From NCBI GenBank assembly GCA_017536965.1, contig JAFWCK010000126.1:709-64708 (forward strand): a stretch of 64,000 nt of DNA. Reading direction: 5' to 3'. Positions 9,527-20,027 of the stretch are shown here, piece by piece. A program made the position numbers and the translations under genes. The notes under the pieces were generated by a model that worked only from the letters and a program-made list of their open reading frames with translations, did not search any database and was not told where the DNA came from. How positions within the stretch are numbered: position 1 is the first letter of the stretch; every line of letters starts with the position of its first letter. Source of the DNA: Lachnospiraceae bacterium (GTDB lineage: Bacteria; Bacillota; Clostridia; Lachnospirales; Lachnospiraceae).

Positions 9527-10894
9527 TTAATCAATCCCCAGGATCCTATCTGCAACAAAGACGCCGCTGGCAGAAGCATGCGATAAGGAATGCGTAACAC
9601 CGCTGCCGTCTCCGATCACATACAAACCTTTATACTTTGTTTCCAGATTGTGATCCACATCTACACCCATGTTATAAAACTTGACTTCCACTCCGTATAG
9701 AAGCGTATCGTCGTTGGCCGTTCCCGGTGCGATCTTATCGATTGCATAGATCATTTCTATGATGCCGTCCAGGATCCGCTTCGGCAGTACCAGAGAAAGA
9801 TCACCTGGTGTTGCCTGCAGTGTCGGACGTACCGTTCCTTCATCAATCCTCTTCTGGGTACTTCTGCGTCCGCGTTCCAGATCCCCGAAACGTTGGATGA
9901 TCACTCCTCCTCCAAGCATGTTGGATAGCCTTGCGATACTTTCTGCATAGCCGTTGCTGTCCTTAAAAGGTTCTGAGAAATGTTTGGAGACAAGAAGTGC
10001 AAAATTAGTATTTTCAGTCTTTTTAGCCTCGTCTTCAAAGCTGTGTCCGTTAACTGTAATAATACCTTTGGTGTTTTCATTAACAACGATACCTCGCGGA
10101 TTCATACAGAACGTCCGTACGTTGTCTTCATATTTCTGCGTCCGGTATACGATCTTGCTTTCATACAGCTCATCTGTGATATGCGCGAAGATAGGTGCCG
10201 GCAGTTCAATTCTTGCGCCAATATCCACACGGTTGGAACTGGTTGGAATATCCAGATCTGCACAGACATCCTCCAGCCAGTGGCTTCCGCTGCGGCCTAC
10301 AGACACAATACAGTTCTTGCAGTCAAAATTGCCATCATCTGTAACTGCGCGATATCCGCTTTTCAGAACACGGATCTTACGGACCGGTGTATGGAAGTAA
10401 AAATCGACCCTGTCTTTCAATTCATTATAAAGATTCTCCAGAACAACATAATTGATGTCTGTTCCCAGATGGCGGACAGATGCATCCAGCAGTGTCAGTT
10501 TGTTCTGCATACAGATTTTTTTCAGTTCCGTCCCGGCAGTGGAATACATGGATGTATTATCTCCGCCGTGAGTAACATTGATGTCATCTACATAATGCAT
10601 CAGTTCCAGAGCCTTTTCCCGGCCAATGTATTCATGCAGCGTCCCGCCAAAATCATTTGTAATATTGTATTTGCCGTCGGAAAAAGCACCAGCGCCGCCA
10701 AAGCCGTTCATAATGGAACAAGTCTTGCAGTTGATGCAGGATTTGATCTTTTTTCCATCAATCGGACAATGTCTCTGTTCCAGCGGAGCGCCTTCCTCCA
10801 GGACTGCTACTTTCAATTTGGATTTTTTTGCCAGCTCATATGCAGAGAATATTCCGCCCGGGCCAGCGCCTATGATCACAATGTCATATTTCAT
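9527..10894 (-). CDS. FAD-dependent oxidoreductase (COG2509-like)
   Basis: N-terminal dinucleotide motif DIVIIGAGPGGIFSA; 455 aa. Confidence 0.7.
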   Translation of the reverse strand: MKYDIVIIGAGPGGIFSAYELAKKSKLKVAVLEEGAPLEQRHCPIDGKKIKSCINCKTCSIMNGFGGAGAFSDGKYNITNDFGGTLHEYIGREKALELMHYVDDINVTHGGDNTSMYSTAGTELKKICMQNKLTLLDASVRHLGTDINYVVLENLYNELKDRVDFYFHTPVRKIRVLKSGYRAVTDDGNFDCKNCIVSVGRSGSHWLEDVCADLDIPTSSNRVDIGARIELPAPIFAHITDELYESKIVYRTQKYEDNVRTFCMNPRGIVVNENTKGIITVNGHSFEDEAKKTENTNFALLVSKHFSEPFKDSNGYAESIARLSNMLGGGVIIQRFGDLERGRRSTQKRIDEGTVRPTLQATPGDLSLVLPKRILDGIIEMIYAIDKIAPGTANDDTLLYGVEVKFYNMGVDVDHNLETKYKGLYVIGDGSGVTHSLSHASASGVFVADRILGID

Positions 10895-10935
10895 TTTTAC
10901 TACTCCTTAAAACCTGACATATTTTTCTTTCTCAA

Positions 10936-10969
10936 ACAAAAAAGCACCTAGTGCAAAAGACCAGGTGCT
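10936..10969 (-). terminator. Intrinsic terminator
   Basis: AGCACCT...AGGTGCT hairpin followed by a T-run on the minus strand. Confidence 0.6.
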
Positions 10970-10986
10970 CTTGCTAAAAGATTATA

Positions 10987-11781
10987 CTATCTGTTTCTCA
11001 ATTCTTCAACCTTTTGCGCAATTTCTGCCTGTGCAGCTTCCATGTCTTCTTTCCACCCATCTTCATAATCAAAGCAGATATCATATTCATCCTGTGCTGC
11101 TTCGATCCGTTTTACGTAGCCGTTTAACATTTCAAAATCTTTTTCATAACAATGAAAGCTGTTTGCACGATGGCTGTAAGTACCCATTTCCACACCCAGT
11201 TCATCTGCAAAGCGTTTTTGCAGCATGATCAATGCGAAAGCATTCATAAAGGCTGCCTTGCAGGCGTCGTTCGAACGGAACAAAACTTTACAGTGCAGTT
11301 TTCCGTCACGGATAAAGTACTGAATATGCTGCAGGCAGGCAGGATCATCCGATGCGGCATCTTTCTCCCAATCCCTCACCAGAATGACCGCTCTGCGGCT
11401 GGATGGATTGCGTTTCAGCTCATTCACAATAAATGAGAACTGTGTTTCCATTCTCTGATGGTAAGTATAAGCCCAGTTTCCTCGCTCCACCTCAAAATCC
11501 AGGATCCCGTCCAGCATTTCCTGACGGTACTGTTCCAGTTCTGTTGGTCCGCCGATAAACAATTTGCTGATCATCGGTTCTGCCAGCGGCTCCTGAACAT
11601 ACATGGTCATAGAGACTTCCTTCTGTCTGGTATTCCAATCATCACAAGGATAGATATTCGGATTATTGCCAAGCGCTGAGAGCGCCTTGTGATAGGCCTC
11701 CGGAAGGCTCTTGCCTTCTACCAGATATTCCTTTGTTGCGCATTCAAAATCTGACATTTCTGCCTTCCTTTCTTCCTTCAC
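10987..11781 (-). CDS. Thymidylate synthase family protein (divergent ThyA-like)
   Basis: Segments SSRRAVI, DPACLQHIQYFIRDGKLHCKVLFRSND and ANSFHCYEKD align with ThyA catalytic blocks (SRR, PC, DGKL.C...RS.D, H.Y). Confidence 0.7.
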   Translation of the reverse strand: MKEERKAEMSDFECATKEYLVEGKSLPEAYHKALSALGNNPNIYPCDDWNTRQKEVSMTMYVQEPLAEPMISKLFIGGPTELEQYRQEMLDGILDFEVERGNWAYTYHQRMETQFSFIVNELKRNPSSRRAVILVRDWEKDAASDDPACLQHIQYFIRDGKLHCKVLFRSNDACKAAFMNAFALIMLQKRFADELGVEMGTYSHRANSFHCYEKDFEMLNGYVKRIEAAQDEYDICFDYEDGWKEDMEAAQAEIAQKVEELRNR

Positions 11782-11828
11782 TTTTTATTTATCCTATCAT
11801 ACCGGGCTGAATGCATTCTATAAAAATA

Positions 11829-12854
11829 TTATAGAATCCTTATCAGTTCTTCCACGTCTTCCATTTTGGTTGCCCAGCTGGTCACAAAACGGATTGCGGT
11901 ATGATCTTCATCAATATTCCCCCAGAAGCTGAAGACTACTTTGTCTTCCAGTTCTTTCTTTTTCTCATTGGTTACTGTCACAAAAATCTGGTTTGTAGGG
12001 GAATCAATAAAGAACGTATAACCTTTCTCCTTCAATCCCTCTTTCAGCCGTGCCGCGGTACGGATCGCATTTTCGCCAAGTTTGAAATACAGACCATCCG
12101 TGAACAATGTATCAAACTGCAGTCCTAAGATCCTTCCTTTAGCGACCATGGCGCCGTGCTGTTTTACCATCGTATTGAAGCGGTACGGCATCGGCCATCC
12201 CGTAAACACCAGTGCCTCGCCAAACAGGGCTCCAACTTTTGTACCGCCGATGTAAAAAACATCTGTCAGTTTAGCAACATCTTCCAGCGTGACATCCGTT
12301 CCTTCTGCCATGAGGCCATACCCCAGTCTTGCGCCATCCAGATATAGCGGGATCTTGTACTCTGCACATACGGCATGCAGGTCCTGCAGTTCTGCTTTTG
12401 AGTAAAGCGTTCCCAATTCCGTCGGATGAGAAATATAAACAATGCCCGGTGCTACCATATGCTCATAGTTATCATCAGCATAATATCCAGCGAGCAGTTC
12501 TTTCAGTTCTTTTGCATCCATTTTGCCTTCGTGAGAAGGAAGGGTTAAGACTTTATGTCCGGAGTATTCGATCGCTCCTGCCTCATGCGTATTCACATGT
12601 CCTTCCACCGTCGCAACAACGCCTTCATATGGCTTTGTCAGCGTATCGATGACCAGCATGTTGGTCTGTGTGCCGCCGGTCAAAAAATAAACGCCCGCAT
12701 CCTCATTGCCGCAGGCAGTTCTTATTTTTTCTGCTGCGCTTTCACAATATTCATCCATCCCATATCCGACTGTTTTGATCAGATTGGTCTCTTCTAATCT
12801 TTTTAAGATCTCTGGTGCAACACCTTCACAGTAATCATTAATAAAACTCAGCAT
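11829..12854 (-). CDS. Threonine aldolase / beta-eliminating lyase family PLP enzyme
   Basis: 341 aa; FYIGGTKVGALFGEA PLP-lysine region; N-terminal FINDYCEG. Confidence 0.7.
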   Translation of the reverse strand: MLSFINDYCEGVAPEILKRLEETNLIKTVGYGMDEYCESAAEKIRTACGNEDAGVYFLTGGTQTNMLVIDTLTKPYEGVVATVEGHVNTHEAGAIEYSGHKVLTLPSHEGKMDAKELKELLAGYYADDNYEHMVAPGIVYISHPTELGTLYSKAELQDLHAVCAEYKIPLYLDGARLGYGLMAEGTDVTLEDVAKLTDVFYIGGTKVGALFGEALVFTGWPMPYRFNTMVKQHGAMVAKGRILGLQFDTLFTDGLYFKLGENAIRTAARLKEGLKEKGYTFFIDSPTNQIFVTVTNEKKKELEDKVVFSFWGNIDEDHTAIRFVTSWATKMEDVEELIRIL

Positions 12855-12865
12855 GATAACTCCTA

Positions 12866-13345
12866 TTATTCGTATTTGACCAGATGGTCTCCTTTATATA
12901 CACAGGTCATTTCTATGTTCTGTTTTCCTTCCACCAAAGGTCTTAAGAAATACTGGTCTCCCTCCCAGAGGTTCAGGGAGAATATGTCCTTTTTCGGGAC
13001 CCACTGCAGCATGCCTTCATTGCAGTCGAATCCTTCTATTCCTTTGCCGTCTTCCATTCCTTCCCAGGCAGTCGCTGTATAAAGATACATATCCTCATCT
13101 GGCAGCACATCCGACTGGAAATGGATCACTCCGCGAAACTGATAATCGGTCAGGGTAAGACCGGTTTCTTCAAACACTTCCCGCAGGCAGCATGCATCCG
13201 CATTCTCACCAGGTTCAAACTTTCCTCCGATACCAACCCATTTTCCCTCACAGGGATCCTTTTCCTTTTTGTTTCGGAAAAGCATCAGGTAGCAGTCGTC
13301 TTTTTCGATATAGCATAAAGTGGAATTGAAGAACCCTTCTTTCAT
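12866..13345 (-). CDS. NUDIX hydrolase (MutT-like)
   Basis: Nudix box GIGGKFEPGENADACCLREVFEETGL. Confidence 0.85.
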   Translation of the reverse strand: MKEGFFNSTLCYIEKDDCYLMLFRNKKEKDPCEGKWVGIGGKFEPGENADACCLREVFEETGLTLTDYQFRGVIHFQSDVLPDEDMYLYTATAWEGMEDGKGIEGFDCNEGMLQWVPKKDIFSLNLWEGDQYFLRPLVEGKQNIEMTCVYKGDHLVKYE

Positions 13346-14559
13346 ACTCTTTGTGCCGCCATTTCACAGATCGTTACGATCACATCAACCATCGTATCCA
13401 TCTGCTGGATCGAGACCAGCTCATGAATACCATGCGCATTCATTCCTCCGGTTGAAAGATTCGGACATGGAAGGCCCATAAAGGACAAAGTAGCTCCATC
13501 TGTTCCTCCACGGACAGGGAGTGATTTTGCCTCAATTCCTTTCTTTTGATATGCCGCCTTCGCCTGATCAACAATATACATGTGCGGAAGCACTTTCTCT
13601 TTCATATTGAAGTAGGTGTCTTTAATTTCAATCTCAGCAGTGCCTGCGCCGTATTCTTCGTTCAGATCATCGGTGATCTTCTGTGCAAGTTTTTTCTTCT
13701 CTTCGAATTTCTGCATATCATGATCACGGATGATCATGCCCATTTCTGCATTGATCACATCGCCTTTCATTTCGCCGACGTGGAAAAAGCCTTCTCTTGC
13801 AGTCGTTCTCTCCGGAATCTCATCCTGTGGAAGACGGGATACAAATTCTGCTGCGATACGGATCGCATTGATCATTTTTCCTTTCGCATCTCCGGTATGA
13901 CTGCTTACTCCATGTACCGTCAGTTTTGCAGAGGCTGCATTAAAGTTCTCATACTCCACTCCACCTACCGGGCCGCCGTCAACAGTGTATGCATATTCTG
14001 CTCCAAATCCGGCAATATCAAATTTCAACGGGCCTCTGCCTATTTCTTCATCCGGCGTGAATCCGACACAGATCTTTCCATGGCGGATCTCCGGGTGATG
14101 GATCAGATAATCCATCGCTTCAATGATTTCTGCAATACCAGCCTTGTCGTCTCCACCAAGCAGAGTCGTGCCGTCTGTAATGATCAGATCATCTCCGATC
14201 AATTTCTCCAGTCCTTTGAAATTAGCTGCTTTCGTAACGACATTCGGATTCAGTTGAATATCTCCACCTTCATAATGAATGATTCTAGGCTTCACATTTG
14301 TGCCCGATTCAGCTGGCGCCGTATCCATATGAGCAATAAACCCAATCGGTTTTGCATCTACTCCTTCGCTGGCTGGAAGATATGCATATACATAACCATA
14401 TTCGTCCATCCTGACATCAGACAGACCCATTTCTTTCATCTCACCAACCAGGTATTCTCCCAGCACTTTCTGTTTTGCGGTGGACGGAATGCTTTGGCTT
14501 TCTTCATCTGACTGCGTATCAAAACTGACGTATTTCAAAAATCTTTCAGCTGTTTTCAT
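13342..14559 (-). CDS. pepT: Peptidase T (tripeptide aminopeptidase, M20B)
   Basis: 405 aa; MKTAERFLKYVSFDTQSDE... and HMDTAP / GGDDKAG motifs typical of PepT. Confidence 0.85.
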   Translation of the reverse strand: MKTAERFLKYVSFDTQSDEESQSIPSTAKQKVLGEYLVGEMKEMGLSDVRMDEYGYVYAYLPASEGVDAKPIGFIAHMDTAPAESGTNVKPRIIHYEGGDIQLNPNVVTKAANFKGLEKLIGDDLIITDGTTLLGGDDKAGIAEIIEAMDYLIHHPEIRHGKICVGFTPDEEIGRGPLKFDIAGFGAEYAYTVDGGPVGGVEYENFNAASAKLTVHGVSSHTGDAKGKMINAIRIAAEFVSRLPQDEIPERTTAREGFFHVGEMKGDVINAEMGMIIRDHDMQKFEEKKKLAQKITDDLNEEYGAGTAEIEIKDTYFNMKEKVLPHMYIVDQAKAAYQKKGIEAKSLPVRGGTDGATLSFMGLPCPNLSTGGMNAHGIHELVSIQQMDTMVDVIVTICEMAAQRV

Positions 14560-14571
14560 TTTTGTCTCCTT

Positions 14572-15420
14572 CTAATCTAACAGATCCGGACGAATCTTCT
14601 TGGTCCGCTCCAGTGATTGTTTCCTTCTCCATTGCTCTATCTTGGCATGATCACCGGACAAAAGCACTTCCGGCACCTTTCTGCCCATAAAAACTTCCGG
14701 ACGGGTATACTGCGGATATTCCAACAATGTTATTTCTTCCTTCGCATCCGGATTGATCAAATCTCCATATACTTCTTTTCTTGCCTTACGGGTAAATTCC
14801 TCTTTCGGACGCACACTGGAAAAACTTTCTTCCTCTTTTGAATCTGCGTTTGTCAGTACATCCGGGATCATGCGGCTGATGGCATCCACCATGACCATAG
14901 CAGGAAGTTCTCCTCCTGTCAGAACATAATCTCCGATAGACACCGGCTCTGCCTCCATGATTTCCAGCACCCTTTCATCCACACCTTCATAATGGCCGCA
15001 TAAAATGATCAGATCTTCTTCTTTTGCCAGATCTTTTGCCATCTGCTGATGAAAGACTTTTCCGGCAGGAGAGGTATAGATCACCTTAGGCTTTTGAAAA
15101 CTCATCGCCTGAAAAGCAGGATCCAAAAGCGCTTCTTCAAAGGTCAATCCATTTGCTTTTGCAAAAGCGTTGACTTTTCCTGCTGCCAAAGTCCCCATGA
15201 CATCAATATAAGCATCATAAATTGGCTGGCACTGCATGACCATGCCCGCGCCTCCTCCGTAAGGGGCATCGTCTACATGACCGTGTTTTTCCAATGTATA
15301 ATCACGAATATTAATGATATTAACAGAAATCAGACCGGCTTCCTGTGCCCGTCCTATAATACTGGTATTCAAACCGGAAGAAATCATTTCCGGAAATAAG
15401 GTCAGAATATGAAAATGCAT
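14572..15420 (-). CDS. trmD: tRNA (guanine37-N1)-methyltransferase TrmD
   Basis: ORF 14572..15552. The start MHFHILTLFPEMI at 15420 overlaps the rimM stop by 1 nt. Motifs PYGGGAGMVM, CGHYEGVDERV, VLTGGELPA. Confidence 0.9.
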   Translation of the reverse strand: MHFHILTLFPEMISSGLNTSIIGRAQEAGLISVNIINIRDYTLEKHGHVDDAPYGGGAGMVMQCQPIYDAYIDVMGTLAAGKVNAFAKANGLTFEEALLDPAFQAMSFQKPKVIYTSPAGKVFHQQMAKDLAKEEDLIILCGHYEGVDERVLEIMEAEPVSIGDYVLTGGELPAMVMVDAISRMIPDVLTNADSKEEESFSSVRPKEEFTRKARKEVYGDLINPDAKEEITLLEYPQYTRPEVFMGRKVPEVLLSGDHAKIEQWRRKQSLERTKKIRPDLLD

Positions 15421-15950
15421 TAATCCAATAACCCTGGCAGAATGTGGACCAGAATTTCTCCTTTTTCTATGTCCACCTGTTTGATGCAGTCCTTGATCAC
15501 CGGAAGCAGGATCTCTTTCTCCCGCATTCCTTTTGCATCCGGTACACCGCATCCTACCACATATACATCATTCGCCCCCGTCTGCAGCACATCCCGGACA
15601 GTCCCCAGTTGGTTTCCATCCTCATCTTTCACAATGCACCCGATCAGGTCCGCGATATAGTATTCTCCTTCTTCTAATGGCTGGCCATCCTTGCGGTCGA
15701 TATAGATCTCTGCTCCCGTATATTTGGCAGCCTCCTCCGGACTGGAAAAACAGGTAAATTGAACAATAGCCAGATTTTTGAAAAACCTGGCCCCTGCTAC
15801 TTCTGTCCGGATTTCTTTTGTTTCGGTCTTGATCACGACATCTTTGACTTCACGGAACCGCTTGGGCGAGTCAGTCGTCGGAAAGACTTTGACTTCGCCC
15901 TTTATTCCATGTGTAGAGGTGATAACACCGATCCGTAAAAATTGTTCCAT
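15420..15950 (-). CDS. rimM: 16S rRNA processing protein RimM
   Basis: 176 aa; LRIGVITSTHGIKGEVKV start and conserved synteny. Confidence 0.9.
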   Translation of the reverse strand: MEQFLRIGVITSTHGIKGEVKVFPTTDSPKRFREVKDVVIKTETKEIRTEVAGARFFKNLAIVQFTCFSSPEEAAKYTGAEIYIDRKDGQPLEEGEYYIADLIGCIVKDEDGNQLGTVRDVLQTGANDVYVVGCGVPDAKGMREKEILLPVIKDCIKQVDIEKGEILVHILPGLLD

Positions 15951-15956
15951 AAATGG

Positions 15957-16190
15957 TTATTCCACAATATCCACTACCGTCTTGAGATTCTGCTTCATGG
16001 CAGCGGTCTTCACAACGGCCCGTATGGATTTTGCTATACGGCCCTTTTTGCCAATTACTTTTCCCATATCGTCTTTTGCAACACGCAGTTCAATAACGAT
16101 CGTTCCGTCGTCTTCTTTTCTTTCGGTAACGACAACTTCATCCGGTGAATCGACAAGAGCTTTAGCAATGACTTCTACTAACTCTTTCAT
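15957..16190 (-). CDS. KH-domain RNA-binding protein (YlqC-like)
   Basis: 77 aa; VIGKKGRIAKSIR KH motif; sits between rpsP and rimM. Confidence 0.85.
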   Translation of the reverse strand: MKELVEVIAKALVDSPDEVVVTERKEDDGTIVIELRVAKDDMGKVIGKKGRIAKSIRAVVKTAAMKQNLKTVVDIVE

Positions 16191-16203
16191 TCCGTCACCT
16201 CAC

Positions 16204-16449
16204 TTATTTGATAATGCCCTCTGCCTTCAGTAATTTGGCGACGACTTCTGTCGGCTGTGCGCCATTTTTCAGCCATTTTTCTGCTGCTTCTTTGTCGATT
16301 TTTACAGCACTTGGCTCCTGGTTCGGATCATATGTTCCGATCGTCTCAATAAATCTTCCGTCACGTGGAGCTCTTCCATCAGCAACGATGATTCTGTAGA
16401 AAGGTGCTTTCTTCTTTCCCATTCTGGTTAATCTGATTTTTACTGCCAT
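16204..16449 (-). CDS. rpsP: 30S ribosomal protein S16
   Basis: [24 protein letters not shown]... Confidence 0.95.
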   Translation of the reverse strand: MAVKIRLTRMGKKKAPFYRIIVADGRAPRDGRFIETIGTYDPNQEPSAVKIDKEAAEKWLKNGAQPTEVVAKLLKAEGIIK

Positions 16450-16507
16450 TTTTGTGTCCTCTTTCCGCGGTGTTCCGCTGTTATTTTATTTATGTGAAAG
16501 TTGTTTA

Positions 16508-17872
16508 TTAAAATAACCCTTTCATTCCTCGTTTACCGAGCATGCCCCTCATGCCCTTTCCTCGTTTGCCGCCCATCAGGCCGCCTATGCCTCCCATCTG
16601 CTTGATGGCTTTCTTGGACTGTTCAAACTGTTTCACCATCCGGTTCACTTCCATAATGTCAACGCCGGCACCTTTTGCAATACGATTCTTGCGGGAGACA
16701 TTCAGGATCTTCGGATTACGTCTTTCTTTGATCGTCATAGAAGAAATAATTGCTTCCATCCGGGCAAGTTTTGTATCGTCGATCATCAATGAGCTGCTGC
16801 TGAATCCTGGCATCATTTTCAATACTTCCGCCAGGCCGCCCATCTGTTTCATCTGTTTCATTGAGACCAGATAATCTTCAAAATTGATCTCATTCTTTTT
16901 CAGACGCTCGGCCATATCACGGGCTTCTTCTTCATCCACTGCTGCTTCTGCCTTTTCGATCAGAGACAGCACATCGCCCATTCCAAGAATACGGCTGGCC
17001 ATACGGTCCGGATAAAACTGTTCCAGATCGGTGAGTTTTTCGCCCATACCGGCATAGATGATCGGAACGCCGGTCACTGCTCTTACTGAGAGAGCTGCAC
17101 CGCCTCTGGCATCACCATCCAGTTTTGTCAGGATCACTCCATCGATCCCGATCCGGTCTGCGAACCCCTGTGCGATGTTGACTGCATCCTGGCCGGTCAT
17201 AGCATCAACGACCAGCAGTGTTTTGGTCACATCGACCGTCTTCTTAATATCTTCCAGTTCCTGCATCATATCTTCATCGATCTGCAGACGGCCTGCGGTA
17301 TCGATAATGATCACATTCTTATTATTATCTGTCGCAAACTGAATTGCAGACTGCGCGATCGCAGAAGCTTTATTGCCGGTTCCCATCTCAAACAGAGGGA
17401 CGCCAACTTTTTCCGCATTGATCCGAAGCTGTTCGATTGCTGCCGGACGGTAAATATCGCAGGCAACCAGAAGAGGGCGTTTCCCCTGTTCTTTTAATTT
17501 TCCTGCTAGCTTGGCGGCTGTGGTGGTTTTACCGGAACCCTGCAGACCTACCATCATGATGATCGTTTTAGCCATGCCCGGAAGAAGTTCCAGCTCGACT
17601 GCTTCACCGCCCATCAGGCTGACCAGTTCTTCGTTGACGATCTTGATCACCATCTGTCCCGGCGTCAGGCTTTTCATGACGTCTTCGCCGATCGCACGCT
17701 CTTTCACAGCAGCATTAAACTGCTTCACGATCTTAAAGTTCACGTCTGCTTCCAGAAGAGCCATCCGGACTTCTTTTAATGCCACATCAACATCGGCTTC
17801 GGTCAGGATTCCTTTTCCGCGCAGTTTCTTAAAAACGTTCTGTAATTTATCCGATAAGTTTTCAAATGCCAT
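16508..17872 (-). CDS. ffh: Signal recognition particle protein Ffh
   Basis: 454 aa; GLQGSGKTTTAAKLA, DTAGR, Met-rich M domain. Confidence 0.95.
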   Translation of the reverse strand: MAFENLSDKLQNVFKKLRGKGILTEADVDVALKEVRMALLEADVNFKIVKQFNAAVKERAIGEDVMKSLTPGQMVIKIVNEELVSLMGGEAVELELLPGMAKTIIMMVGLQGSGKTTTAAKLAGKLKEQGKRPLLVACDIYRPAAIEQLRINAEKVGVPLFEMGTGNKASAIAQSAIQFATDNNKNVIIIDTAGRLQIDEDMMQELEDIKKTVDVTKTLLVVDAMTGQDAVNIAQGFADRIGIDGVILTKLDGDARGGAALSVRAVTGVPIIYAGMGEKLTDLEQFYPDRMASRILGMGDVLSLIEKAEAAVDEEEARDMAERLKKNEINFEDYLVSMKQMKQMGGLAEVLKMMPGFSSSSLMIDDTKLARMEAIISSMTIKERRNPKILNVSRKNRIAKGAGVDIMEVNRMVKQFEQSKKAIKQMGGIGGLMGGKRGKGMRGMLGKRGMKGLF

Positions 17873-17873
17873 A

Positions 17874-18188
17874 TTATAATAGTTCTAAAATATTCTCTGC
17901 TGCCTGTTTTGCCTCCTGCAGACTTCTGCAGTCTTCAATCTCTTTTACCTTTTGTTTCACTTCCTGAAACTTTTCCACCAGCTGCAGCTTTTTTTCATAT
18001 TCCTCCAGGATCCCCTCTACTCTGCGGACCAGGTCATGCACACCCTGCCGGCTGATATCATACTCCTGCGCGATCTCCGCATAAGAGAGATTATCCATAA
18101 CATATGCGCCGTAGATCTCCTTCTGATGTTCCGTCAGCAGATCTCCGTAAAAATCAAATAATAATGATCTTTTTACAAATTCTTCCAT
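17874..18188 (-). CDS. ylxM: YlxM/UPF0122 putative DNA-binding protein
   Basis: ORF 17874..18239; ATG 18188 has a GAGGAG RBS; LFDFYGDLLTEHQKEI signature; upstream of ffh. Confidence 0.8.
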   Translation of the reverse strand: MEEFVKRSLLFDFYGDLLTEHQKEIYGAYVMDNLSYAEIAQEYDISRQGVHDLVRRVEGILEEYEKKLQLVEKFQEVKQKVKEIEDCRSLQEAKQAAENILELL

Positions 18189-18324
18189 AGGCTCCTCTGC
18201 ACGCCCGGTTATCTTACTATTATTAGCACGATGTGTCAAGTATTTTTACTTGACAGTCTTTTCTCGTTGACGTTCAAAATAATAAATGCTTAAATAGGGT
18301 TATCACTTTAGGGGGATTATCATA

Positions 18325-19986
18325 ATGAAAAAAATACTATCTGTGTTAATCAGTCTGATGCTTGTTTCAGGGCTAATTCTGGCAGGCTGCAGCAAGGAAG
18401 AAGAACCAGAAAAAGAAATGTATCTGGCATCTGATTCTGCGACGGTCGTTACCTATACAAAGGATGATGATGGCAATCTTGTTCCTTCCGGCGAGGAAGT
18501 CCGCGGGACAAAAGTCGTCCTGAAAGGAAAAACGGTAACGCAGGATGAGATCAACTACGAACCGCTCAAGAAAGCAGAGGATGCGGAGAAAGATGACCCA
18601 ACGATCTACTTTGCCCAAAGCGATCTGGTGGAGACTCCGGAAGAGTGTGTCCGTGAAAAAGACAAATATGTCCGTACATCGGTCACGCCTGTTGCTGGTG
18701 TGGATGACTGTACGATCAAGGGCTTCATCTGGAAGGGTTCTCACGTATCCATTACTGGTTTTGATTCTCTTTCTTCCGATGGACTGGTCAACATGTATCA
18801 GGTAACTGCGGATGATGGTACCGAAGGCTGGGTCTATGCTAAATACCTGGTAGATACACAAGAAGATGCGAACGCAGTTAACCAGGAATACTATGAATTA
18901 AATAAAGACAAGATCTACGACGGTCTGGATCTGTATGGCGGCGATCCTGGAAACCTTGATTACTTCTATTATGATAAAGTCGTCAACTCATCCAGTGTGA
19001 TGCCGTCTGAATGCCGTGCTTATTACCTGAATGCCGGATGCATCGATGCGATGGATGATTATATTGACTGCTGCAGAGAAGCAAACGCGAATGCTGTAGT
19101 TATCGATATCAAGGACGGGGCTCTGGCATACCATGCAGAAATTGCAAACAGCTATACTCCTTCTTCTTATGAAACTGCTTATCATAATAACGCTGACTAC
19201 AAAGCAGGCGTCCAAAAAGCAAAAGATGCCGGCCTTTGGACGATTGGCCGTATCGTAGTCTTTAACGACAGTTTCTTTGCAGATGACAATCCGGGTGAAT
19301 GTATTCTGGAATATGGCGAGAATGCCGGCTGGCCTTCCGCTTATTCCCGGAAAGCATGGGAATATAATGTTAAACTGGCAATCTCTGCAGTACAGGAGAT
19401 GGGCTTTGACGAGATCCAGTTTGACTATGTCCGGTTCCCGGAAAACGCTTATGGTCTCTCTGATTCCGGAGCAGCGGACTTCAGGAATACCTATGGAGAA
19501 GAAAAAGCACAGGCTGTCCAAAATTTCTGCCGCTACGCTGCAGATTCAATCCATCAGGCAGGTGCGTATTTCTCGGTTGACGTTTTTGGTGAATGTTCGG
19601 ACGGTTATGTGACTACTTATGGACAATACTGGCCGGCAATCTCTAATGTAGTTGATGCCGTCAGCTCCATGCCATATATCGATCACTTTGGACGGGAAGC
19701 CTATACCTGGACAGATGGCTATTCCACCATGTACAACTGGGCAAGAGGCGCTTATGATTCACAGCAGTGGACACCGAATCCGGCACGGCCGCGGACCTGG
19801 CTCACCTGCTATTCGGTTCCTTACTGGGAGCCGGAGATTCCGGTGACCTCTCCATTCCTGGAAGACCAGATTCAGGCTCTCTGGGATGCAGGGATCGGCG
19901 ATGGAGGCTTTATCACCTGGAACGTAGCTTCCAATCTGGGAATCTACTATACAGTAGCTCCTGCCTTTGCACGAAGCTACCAATAA
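18325..19986 (+). CDS. Lipoprotein with SH3-like segment and putative glycoside-hydrolase-like TIM barrel (GHL/DUF4015-like)
   Basis: Lipobox LILAGCS; segments AVVIDIKD, GRIVVFND, EIQFDYVRFPE. Confidence 0.55.
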   Translation: MKKILSVLISLMLVSGLILAGCSKEEEPEKEMYLASDSATVVTYTKDDDGNLVPSGEEVRGTKVVLKGKTVTQDEINYEPLKKAEDAEKDDPTIYFAQSDLVETPEECVREKDKYVRTSVTPVAGVDDCTIKGFIWKGSHVSITGFDSLSSDGLVNMYQVTADDGTEGWVYAKYLVDTQEDANAVNQEYYELNKDKIYDGLDLYGGDPGNLDYFYYDKVVNSSSVMPSECRAYYLNAGCIDAMDDYIDCCREANANAVVIDIKDGALAYHAEIANSYTPSSYETAYHNNADYKAGVQKAKDAGLWTIGRIVVFNDSFFADDNPGECILEYGENAGWPSAYSRKAWEYNVKLAISAVQEMGFDEIQFDYVRFPENAYGLSDSGAADFRNTYGEEKAQAVQNFCRYAADSIHQAGAYFSVDVFGECSDGYVTTYGQYWPAISNVVDAVSSMPYIDHFGREAYTWTDGYSTMYNWARGAYDSQQWTPNPARPRTWLTCYSVPYWEPEIPVTSPFLEDQIQALWDAGIGDGGFITWNVASNLGIYYTVAPAFARSYQ

Positions 19987-20000
19987 AAGTAATAATTGAA

Positions 20001-20027
20001 AGCTGCCCTTAGGGGCAGCTTTTTTTA
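20001..20027 (+). terminator. Intrinsic terminator
   Basis: AGCTGCCC-TTA-GGGGCAGCT followed by T7. Confidence 0.8.

Noticed and set aside
9980-10951. Long plus-strand ORF (323 aa) antisense to the FAD-dependent oxidoreductase gene. Similar long antisense ORFs occur at 13546-14511, 22850-23452, 38909-39463, 41926-43113, 45688-46605 and 60068-60895.
   Set aside because: Each lies fully inside a gene on the opposite strand whose product has clear family motifs. The translations are low-complexity (F/I/C/R-rich), lack RBS support and match no family I recognise. They are typical shadow ORFs.
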